Below are positions 56,711 through 64,000 of a stretch of DNA of 64,000 bases, piece by piece; within the stretch, counting starts at the first letter, position 1; every line of letters starts with the position of its first letter. Location: positions 1,120,001 to 1,184,000 of the forward strand of contig CAXXOA010000001.1 in the NCBI GenBank assembly GCA_963666275.2. Direction: 5' to 3'. The notes under the pieces were generated by a model that was given only the letters and a program-made list of their open reading frames with translations, had not been told where the DNA came from and made no database searches. This stretch comes from Oceanispirochaeta sp. GTDB taxonomy: Bacteria; Spirochaetota; Spirochaetia; DSM-2461. Both the position numbers and the translations under genes were made by a program.

Positions 56711-59464
56711 ATGAAACTCTACTGTATTGCCTGCGGTGTATTCCGAAAAGATCTGGAACGCCTCTCTCCCGGATTTTCTGTGCCTGTTACGATTGAATAT
56801 CTGGAGGGAGGGCTCCATACCAATCCGGGGCTCCTGAGAAAAGAGCTCCAGAAGAGTATAGACCGGGTTCCCCCGGAATATGACAGGATTATCCTCCTCT
56901 ACGGAACCTGCGGGAAAGGGGTGGTGGGGCTGAGTTCCCCGGGTTGTGAACTTGTGATCCCACGGGTGCACGACTGCATCAGCCTTTTTCTGGGCGGTAC
57001 GGGGGAGTATCTGAAGCAGTTTACAAGAAAACCCGGGACCTACTACATTTCGGCCGGCTGGTACGAAGAGCAGGTTCAGCCCCGGGGAAAGCAGAAAAGT
57101 GCCAGGTTTCCCGCCGAGTATGTGGACACGACGGATAAAAAGGTTCTCCGGGAAAGATTCGGAGACGAGAACGCCAGAGAGATCTCGGAATTCTTTGATT
57201 CCTGGCAAAAGAACTACTCCCGAGCGGTCTATATCCATTCCGGTACTGATGCTGAAGCTCGCTATGAGGCCCATGCCCGGAATATGGCTGAGCAGATGGG
57301 TTGGGAGTATACCCGGCTGGAAGGTTCTGATGATCTGATAAGCCGCTGTTTCGAGCCCGCTATCCGGGGGGAGGATATTCTGATTGTCCCCCGGGGAAGA
57401 AAAACAGTCTTCGATACAGTCTCCTCCTCTGTGGCGGTTGAGACGGACAGTGCCGGAGGTATGGGCCTTGAGGATCGGGTTCTCAGGGATTCAGACGACG
57501 GGACGGCCCAGCAAAAGGAGGAGTCCCGCTACTCTCTGGGGCTGGGAATCGATGCCGGGGGAACCTATACCGATGCGGTGCTCTTCAGTTTTGAGGATAA
57601 CCGGGTCCTTGCCAAATCCAAAGCGCTCACCACAAAATGGCAGTATTCTCAGGGAATCATGGAAGCGGTCAGGTCCCTGAGTGCCGAATCCCTGGCTGAA
57701 GTGGATCTGATCAGCCTTTCTACGACGCTTGTAACTAATGCCATTGTCGAATCCAATACCCAGCCGGTGGGGCTTTTTGTGATGCCTCCGGGCAAACTGG
57801 GAGCCCATGAAATCGATCATTCCCCTTTTGCCGTCGTGAAGGGCAGGATGTCCATCGACGGGACCCTTCAGGAACCGGCAGATCCCGATGAAATCCGGCA
57901 AAAAGCCCTGGACATGGTCCGGAGTCACGGCGTGAAGGCTTTTGCCGTCTCGGGTTACGGAGGATCGGTCAATCCGGTTCTGGAACTGCAGGTGAAAGAG
58001 ATTCTGAGGGAAACCACGGGGCTTGATGTGTGCTGCGGCCATGAACTCTCGGGATCCCTGAACTTCTATGTCCGGGCCAGAACTGCGGTTCTCAATGCCG
58101 GCACCATTCCCATAATGGAGGAGTTTCTGTCGGAAATGCGGAAGGCACTGAGTCAGGCCGGATTAAGGGCTCCTCTGCTGGTTGTCCGGGGCGACGGTTC
58201 TGTCATGACCGGAGAATATGCCAGCGACTTCCCGGTACAGACCGCCCTTTCGGGGCCAGCCGCCAGTATGGCGGGAGCCCGTTACCTGGAAGGTCTGGAG
58301 AACGCCCTTGTGGCTGATGTGGGGGGGACCACAACGGATATTGGATTCCTGTCGGACGGGAGAGTGAATATCTGCGATGACGGGGCCAGAATCGGTGACT
58401 GGATGACCCATGTGAGAGCCGTGGATATGACCACAGTCGGCCTGGGGGGCGATAGCGAGATCCTCTTTGACAGCAGACAATGGCTGATCGGTCCCAGACG
58501 GATAACCCCGTTTGTATGGCTGGACAACCATTATGATTTAAGTGAATCCTTTGAGTTCCTCTCTGAATCGGCCGAACTCCCCGAGGAGAATATGAAAGCC
58601 TTTCAGTGGCTCTGCCTCACAGGGAAAGAACCGGATTTTGAACTGACCCGGCAGGAGAGCCGGATCATGGAACTCCTCTCCCGGGGGCCTTTTTCTGTCA
58701 GAAAACTGGGGTTTGAGCTTGCCGAGGGGGTCTGGAAAAACCTCAGAACAGAGAGGCTTGAAAACTCCTGCTGCCTCCTCCGTTCGGGGCTGACTCCTAC
58801 GGATCTGTTTCATCTGGAGGGAACCCTTTCTCTCTGGAAAACTCAGCATCTGGCAGGGTATTTCAGTTTCATCAGCCGCATATCCGGTCTTACTGAACCT
58901 GTACTTCTGACAGACCTGAAAACACTGATCAGCCGGAAAGCCGGAGGGGCCCTTCTGGGCCGGATCTTTCCTGACCACTCCGATCGGGATCAGCAGACCC
59001 TTCTGGACAGGGGCAACTCCTGGGCTTCTGTCAGATTGGAGTTGAATGTTCCTGTTGTCGGCCTGGGGGCATCTGCGGGTCTCCTCCTGAAAGACGGGAC
59101 CGAGGCCATCGGGGGAACGCTGATCCTGCCGGAGCACGGAGATGTGGCCAATGCGGTGGGAGCCGTGACAAGCCTTGTTTCGGTGTCTCTGAAAGCGTCC
59201 ATCCTTCCCACGCCGGCAGGTTTCTACAGAATTACAGGGCCGGTTATCGAACATGAAGACTTTGAGAGGATCGAAGAGGCGGAAGAGCAGGCCCTGGTCC
59301 TCCTCAGAAGGGGCATCATCGAAAAAGCCAGGGCTGCCGGAACAAGTTCCCGGTCTGTCAGGATTACAATCTCAAACAAAACGGCAGAAACCGCAGGGGG
59401 TGACCTTCTGTTTCTGGAGAGAATTCTGACAGCCCAACTGGAAGGAATTCCCGATCTGGTTTGA
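56711..59464 (+). CDS. DUF1638 domain fused to a hydantoinase/oxoprolinase-A (ASKHA) domain
   Basis: N-terminal IACGVF..GLH..P..L, YGTCG, HDCI.LFLG and GTYY..GW; C-terminal LGIDAGGTYTD, SGPAAS, DVGGTTTD, GLGGDS and VANAVGA. Confidence 0.85.
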   Translation: MKLYCIACGVFRKDLERLSPGFSVPVTIEYLEGGLHTNPGLLRKELQKSIDRVPPEYDRIILLYGTCGKGVVGLSSPGCELVIPRVHDCISLFLGGTGEYLKQFTRKPGTYYISAGWYEEQVQPRGKQKSARFPAEYVDTTDKKVLRERFGDENAREISEFFDSWQKNYSRAVYIHSGTDAEARYEAHARNMAEQMGWEYTRLEGSDDLISRCFEPAIRGEDILIVPRGRKTVFDTVSSSVAVETDSAGGMGLEDRVLRDSDDGTAQQKEESRYSLGLGIDAGGTYTDAVLFSFEDNRVLAKSKALTTKWQYSQGIMEAVRSLSAESLAEVDLISLSTTLVTNAIVESNTQPVGLFVMPPGKLGAHEIDHSPFAVVKGRMSIDGTLQEPADPDEIRQKALDMVRSHGVKAFAVSGYGGSVNPVLELQVKEILRETTGLDVCCGHELSGSLNFYVRARTAVLNAGTIPIMEEFLSEMRKALSQAGLRAPLLVVRGDGSVMTGEYASDFPVQTALSGPAASMAGARYLEGLENALVADVGGTTTDIGFLSDGRVNICDDGARIGDWMTHVRAVDMTTVGLGGDSEILFDSRQWLIGPRRITPFVWLDNHYDLSESFEFLSESAELPEENMKAFQWLCLTGKEPDFELTRQESRIMELLSRGPFSVRKLGFELAEGVWKNLRTERLENSCCLLRSGLTPTDLFHLEGTLSLWKTQHLAGYFSFISRISGLTEPVLLTDLKTLISRKAGGALLGRIFPDHSDRDQQTLLDRGNSWASVRLELNVPVVGLGASAGLLLKDGTEAIGGTLILPEHGDVANAVGAVTSLVSVSLKASILPTPAGFYRITGPVIEHEDFERIEEAEEQALVLLRRGIIEKARAAGTSSRSVRITISNKTAETAGGDLLFLERILTAQLEGIPDLV

Positions 59465-59568
59465 AAAACCTTTCACTTCCCCCGGATATATGGTATTTTT
59501 TATGAAGCGAAAATTTCTTTCATATATAAAATATTATTTAAAAATGTCATTCATTAATCGAGGGATGT

Positions 59569-61452
59569 ATGAGAAATAAATTATTTTACCAGATGATCAC
59601 CACCCTGCCGGGGGGGTTTCTGTTTGCAATTCAAATTGTTACTTTTCTTTATTTTATTGAAGTCTCAGAGTCTGATATGAGAAGGCTTCTGCCGTTTTAT
59701 ATCATAGGCGCCATACTCTTTCTTCTCTTCATCTCTTTATCCGTCAGGTTTTCAGGGAAAATCCTCTTTAAGGACATTGAGCCTATAAGGCAGGATTCCA
59801 GGGCCATGGCTGACTATCTGGAAAAACTCGGAAAAGCTCCTTTGAAAACCATGATCATCCTTATCCTGGTCTATACTCTCGGTCAATCCGTATTTTTTCT
59901 TATTAACTATACTCAGACTATGATCAATGTCTCCATAAATCTGACTTTTACCGGTCTGATGATGGGATACTCCCTTCTGGCCAGCGGGTATTCCTATGTG
60001 TTTCTGGATAATTTTGTCATGAAGCATCTTAACAGCCGGGAAATCACGCGCTATCCGCTGGATAAAGTCATTACCCGTCAGAAGGCTAAACACCTGATAG
60101 TGCCTATCTTTTTCATGATCATTACTCTGATCGTCACTCTTTTCCTGTCCATGCTGACAATTTATGATGCTCCCCTGGCCGTCAGGGGGAATAATCAGCT
60201 TATATTTCAGTATCTTTTCAAAAAAACATTTCTGGCTCAGCTTGTGTATATATCACTGATAGCCCTCCTTGTGATCCGATGGGCCGGGAATAACTCCCTT
60301 CTGTATAAAATGATAGCAGAAAGGCTGAAGGATATGGTTTCCAAGGATAAAGACCTGACCCGCAGGATCAATATCTCTTCCATTGACGAACTGGCCACCA
60401 TCAGCCGCTATGTCAATGATTTCAGCGATATGATCAGAGATCACCTGAGAGAGACAGGAGAGGTTTACAGCATCCTTGATGAGAATCAGAAAGAGCTTTC
60501 CGCCCGGGTCGGAGAGTCCGCTTCCACTATGGGAGAGATTTCAGGTCTGCTTGAAAAAACCATAAAGTCCATCGCTTCGGTGGATCAGATAGTCAAGAAG
60601 AACAGAATCACGGGAAAATCTCTGGCTGAAAACGTCTCCCATACTGTAAGACAGGTGGAAATGCAGACCAGCAGTGTGGCTGAATCCTCTGCTGCGGTGG
60701 AGGAGATGATTGCTTCCATCACAGAAGTTACAAGAAGGACCGAGAACGTCAAAGCCAATACGGATGAACTGGTGCAGTCTTTCCGGGAAGGAGAAGAAAA
60801 GGTCAACAGTACCATCTCTTCCATTACAGGGGTGGCAGAACTGTCAGAGAGCCTTATGTCTGTTAACAACCTGATTTCCGGTATCGCCGCCAGGACAAAC
60901 CTGCTTGCCATGAATGCCGCTATTGAAGCCGCCCATGCAGGCGATGCGGGGAGGGGATTTTCCGTGGTGGCCGATGAAATCCGGAAGCTGGCTGAAAATA
61001 CAGCCTCCCATACAAAATCCAGCGGAGAGAATCTCAGAAGAATTCTGGAGGAGATCCAGGTCTCTTTAAAAGATGCCCAGTCCACCGGGGGAGCCTTCAA
61101 ACAGATGAAGGAAGGGGTCCTTCAGATACAGGATGAAACCCTCTCTATTTCCGAATCCATGAGTGAGCACGATAAAGCCAACAGGACTGTTCTGAGTCAG
61201 CTGATGCAGACTCGGGAACTGGCCAATAATCTGAATGAAATTGCCTCTGTGATTACTGAACAGAGTCAGGCCATGATCGCGGACCTGAAGGTACTGGATG
61301 ATGAATCCGATGCCTCTCTTGTTTACGGTGCGGATATGCAGGAGAAGAACAGGGTCATACTGCAGGGACTGAAACAGCTTCAGGAGGTTTCCGACAAAAC
61401 CGAAATTCTGAACAGAAAAACAAGGCAGCTCATAGATTCATTTAAACTTTAG
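59569..61452 (+). CDS. methyl-accepting chemotaxis protein with multi-TM sensor
   Basis: About 6 TM, HAMP (DLTRRI..DEL) and [34 protein letters not shown]. Confidence 0.95.
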   Translation: MRNKLFYQMITTLPGGFLFAIQIVTFLYFIEVSESDMRRLLPFYIIGAILFLLFISLSVRFSGKILFKDIEPIRQDSRAMADYLEKLGKAPLKTMIILILVYTLGQSVFFLINYTQTMINVSINLTFTGLMMGYSLLASGYSYVFLDNFVMKHLNSREITRYPLDKVITRQKAKHLIVPIFFMIITLIVTLFLSMLTIYDAPLAVRGNNQLIFQYLFKKTFLAQLVYISLIALLVIRWAGNNSLLYKMIAERLKDMVSKDKDLTRRINISSIDELATISRYVNDFSDMIRDHLRETGEVYSILDENQKELSARVGESASTMGEISGLLEKTIKSIASVDQIVKKNRITGKSLAENVSHTVRQVEMQTSSVAESSAAVEEMIASITEVTRRTENVKANTDELVQSFREGEEKVNSTISSITGVAELSESLMSVNNLISGIAARTNLLAMNAAIEAAHAGDAGRGFSVVADEIRKLAENTASHTKSSGENLRRILEEIQVSLKDAQSTGGAFKQMKEGVLQIQDETLSISESMSEHDKANRTVLSQLMQTRELANNLNEIASVITEQSQAMIADLKVLDDESDASLVYGADMQEKNRVILQGLKQLQEVSDKTEILNRKTRQLIDSFKL

Positions 61453-61476
61453 TTCCTCGATGCCATAAAAAAGAAG

Positions 61477-61505
61477 TTGACCATCCGGTCAAAAGAATTG
61501 AGAAT
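61477..61505 (+). promoter_or_regulatory. putative promoter with an operator-like palindrome over the -35 box
   Basis: TTGACC-atcc-GGTCAA (61477-61492); TTGACC is followed 17 nt later by GAGAAT. Confidence 0.5.
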
Positions 61506-61547
61506 GGTACAGAAAAAATATTTCAAAAATGTACAGAGAGGTAGGCA

Positions 61548-61766
61548 ATGGCAGAATGCGAGTTTCTTGAAAAATGCCCTTTTTTTAACGACAAGCTGGA
61601 AAAGAAGGCAGAAGCCGGAGAGTTGAAGGAAAAATACTGCAGCACAAACAATCTGCACTGTGCCAGATATATGGTCAGTACATCTGTTGGTCCGGATTAT
61701 GTCGAGAAGGATCTTATGCCGGATGAAAAAATGCGGGCTTACGGTATTATAGCCGAAAACAGCTGA
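61548..61766 (+). CDS. small Cys-rich hypothetical protein
   Basis: GAGGT RBS; C-x5-C-PFF...YC-x6-CARY pattern. Confidence 0.8.
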   Translation: MAECEFLEKCPFFNDKLEKKAEAGELKEKYCSTNNLHCARYMVSTSVGPDYVEKDLMPDEKMRAYGIIAENS

Positions 61767-61811
61767 AAAACCTTGTTGCTTCCGTAGAAGCTCTGCATTA
61801 TAGTCAATACC

Positions 61812-62840
61812 GTGAGCTATTGTGAAAAGTGTGAAGTTCTTCCGGAAAAATTAATTGATCAGGGTATTCTCTACCTTTCTCCTGCGATTGCTCCAACAGA
61901 ATCGACTCTGTGTCGTGGTATGGAAAAGCTGGGGTTGAATTATTCCCGTCAGAAAGGTCTCCTGTCGGTAGGGATCAGTAAAGCTGAACTGGCTCTCCTT
62001 CTCCGAGAGGGCCTCAATCATCAGGAACTGGAAGATTCCCGGGCTTTGTATGTTCCCGAAGATCATAACCCGGAATTCCGGGATCTGATTCATATGAACA
62101 GTCTCCTCTCTCTCAAAACCCGGCTGGAAGGTGACTGGCTGATCGAACTGCTTGAAAACAAACAGCTCACAAGTTATTTCCAACCTATACTGTATGCGGA
62201 CCGGCCGGAACGGATTTTTGCCAGAGAAGCCCTTTTACGGACAAAGGAAGGGGCAGGGGGCAAAACTCCTGATGTGATCTTTTCCACAGCCCGGGATGCG
62301 GGGCTCCTCTTCTATCTGGACAGAGAGGCCAGGGTCACAGCTGTAAAAACCGCTTCTTCACGGGGATTTACAGATACCCTGTTTATCAATTTCAATCCCA
62401 CTTCGATCTACAGCCCCGAGCACTGCCTTCAGACAACGAAACAGGCCGTCCAGGAAGCTGGCTTTACACCGGATCAGATTGTTTTTGAAATTGTAGAGAG
62501 TGATTATATCCGGGATATTGAAAAGATGCTCTCCATTGTCAAATACTACCGGTCCAATGGCTTCCGCGTCGCTCTGGACGATCTGGGGGCGGGATACGGC
62601 TCTCTCAATCTTCTATCAAAGCTTCAGCCTGATTTTGTCAAACTTGACATGGACCTTGTTAAAGGGGTGCATGAGGATAAATACAAAGGGATTATCACAA
62701 GAAACCTTCTGAAAATTGCCAGGGAACTGGGTGTGAAAACCATAGCTGAAGGGGTGGAAACAGAAGATGAACTGTCCTGGGTTCAGGATGCGGGAGCCGA
62801 CTTTGTTCAGGGATTTCTCTTTGGAAGGCCCCAGCCGTAA
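61812..62840 (+). CDS. EAL-domain c-di-GMP phosphodiesterase
   Basis: FQPI, EALLR, FINF.P, FEIVES, DDLGAGY, KLD, AEGVE and QGFLF; N-terminal CxxC. Confidence 0.92.
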   Translation: MSYCEKCEVLPEKLIDQGILYLSPAIAPTESTLCRGMEKLGLNYSRQKGLLSVGISKAELALLLREGLNHQELEDSRALYVPEDHNPEFRDLIHMNSLLSLKTRLEGDWLIELLENKQLTSYFQPILYADRPERIFAREALLRTKEGAGGKTPDVIFSTARDAGLLFYLDREARVTAVKTASSRGFTDTLFINFNPTSIYSPEHCLQTTKQAVQEAGFTPDQIVFEIVESDYIRDIEKMLSIVKYYRSNGFRVALDDLGAGYGSLNLLSKLQPDFVKLDMDLVKGVHEDKYKGIITRNLLKIARELGVKTIAEGVETEDELSWVQDAGADFVQGFLFGRPQP

Positions 62841-62862
62841 TCAGGGTTCCTGGGAGAATTCA

Positions 62863-63477
62863 TCAACCTTTTTTTCTGTCATCCTCCCGGATGGAAAGTT
62901 CCTCAAGGTCTTTTCGGCTGTTAATATTTGAGAATATATCATATTCGGGATCGCTGTTTTCACAGAAAAAATCGGAATATTCTATTATAGAAAGTTTCTT
63001 ACCCTTCAAAAATCTGTACGGAGTTGTCTTCCCCTCTTTAAAATAGGTTTCCATGTCCCGAATCATATGTATTCCGTAGAATCCGCTGAAAGGTTCAATC
63101 ATGCCGTTCCTCCGAACTACAAAGGCGTCGGGAGTTTCCATTTCCATCCGGCTGCGCATGAACCCTATCAGTTCAGAAGAGATATAGGGCATATCGCAGG
63201 CTGTTACAAAGGCATAATCCCCTTGCGCTTTCATCAGACCCGCGTGAATCCCGCCCAGTGGTCCCCGGTTCCTGAAGCTGTCGGTGGTAATTTCAGCATT
63301 TAATGTCCTGAAATTTTCAGGGTCTCCCGCCACGACAATTACTCTGCTGAAATTTGTGTACAGCTGGGAGATAATCCTCTCAATTAATGGTTCTCCCTGA
63401 AAGGAGGCAAAGGCTTTATCACTGCCGAATCGGGAGCTTCTTCCGCCGGCCAGTATAACTGCATTGTCAGATACCAT
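62863..63477 (-). CDS. mobA: molybdenum cofactor guanylyltransferase
   Basis: ILAGGRSSRFGSDKA, GPLGGI, TACDMP and NIN..DL. Confidence 0.9.
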   Translation of the reverse strand: MVSDNAVILAGGRSSRFGSDKAFASFQGEPLIERIISQLYTNFSRVIVVAGDPENFRTLNAEITTDSFRNRGPLGGIHAGLMKAQGDYAFVTACDMPYISSELIGFMRSRMEMETPDAFVVRRNGMIEPFSGFYGIHMIRDMETYFKEGKTTPYRFLKGKKLSIIEYSDFFCENSDPEYDIFSNINSRKDLEELSIREDDRKKG

Positions 63478-63583
63478 TAAAAAAGTCCTCCGGGATATGC
63501 ATTTTCGCTGAGATATACTCCTTTATAGAATAGAACAGGGAGACAGAGAAATCATTCCTTTTCCGCACCTGAGGACCTTTCCC

Positions 63584-64000
63584 TTAGCCGTTACTCCCGC
63601 CCGGCCGAATATTTTTTTCCTGTATCTGCCGCTTTCCCAGATTCTCGCAGTCTGTCTGAAACTGATTCATCTTATCAAAAACATTCATCAGACCTTCGGG
63701 ATTGATACTTTTCTCACAGATTCCGGCCTGCTGAAGTTCTTTTATGAGGTAATAGGCCGATTCTATGGTGGAACGGCAGTAGGTGGCCGGCTGGGTCTTG
63801 ATGGAAAACCGGGAGAGGTAATTTCCTTTGAAGCTGATCCTCCGGAGTTTCTGAAGATTGGGGCTTCTATATACCATCTTTCTGGCCAGAACCCAGGTGG
63901 CGTCTATGATAAAAACTGCCAGCTGTTTCTGATCCCGGGGCTCAGAAAAATCCAGAGAGTCTGCGGTGACCGCTTCTTTGCCGGGATAGAGCATAAGGCA
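63584..64000 (-). CDS. DTW-domain tRNA-uridine aminocarboxypropyltransferase-like protein, 3' part
   Basis: LYPG..A, IIDATW..ARKM and STIES motifs; the gene probably starts beyond the window end. Confidence 0.85.
   Translation of the reverse strand, partial: CLMLYPGKEAVTADSLDFSEPRDQKQLAVFIIDATWVLARKMVYRSPNLQKLRRISFKGNYLSRFSIKTQPATYCRSTIESAYYLIKELQQAGICEKSINPEGLMNVFDKMNQFQTDCENLGKRQIQEKNIRPGGSNG

Noticed and set aside
56636..57274. Extended N-terminus of the methyltransferase (466-aa ORF)
   Set aside because: It is antisense to the DUF1638 domain; family similarity starts at MNFD.

Overview
A 64-kb chromosomal segment, most likely from a free-living anaerobic spirochaete (Spirochaetaceae-like). 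This is inferred from the prfA-prmC-rel and metG-femAB gene orders, a FapA/DUF342 protein, an MCP and a spirochaete-style 'ASGQSE' signal peptide. Most of the window is housekeeping: murE, topA, ftsH, hflKC, feoB, metG, fhs, prfA/prmC/rel, five tRNA-modification enzymes, transporters and many c-di-GMP proteins. No rRNA, tRNA, CRISPR array, transposase or prophage gene was recognised. The standout is a non-canonical Pel exopolysaccharide locus (about 31-42 kb). It has a coupled pelD-E-F-G operon, a divergent PelB-like TPR/beta-barrel protein with an extra CBM-like N-terminal domain, and no pelA or pelC in the window. An uncharacterised lipoprotein, an exported nitrilase-fold amidohydrolase and a diguanylate cyclase follow pelG. 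Also found by reading the DNA: an unannotated 20-aa hydrophobic sORF with a strong RBS, a nested REP-like/BoxC-like palindrome, five probable leaderless genes and a perfect operator-like palindrome. All calls come from motif recognition by eye; no searches were run.
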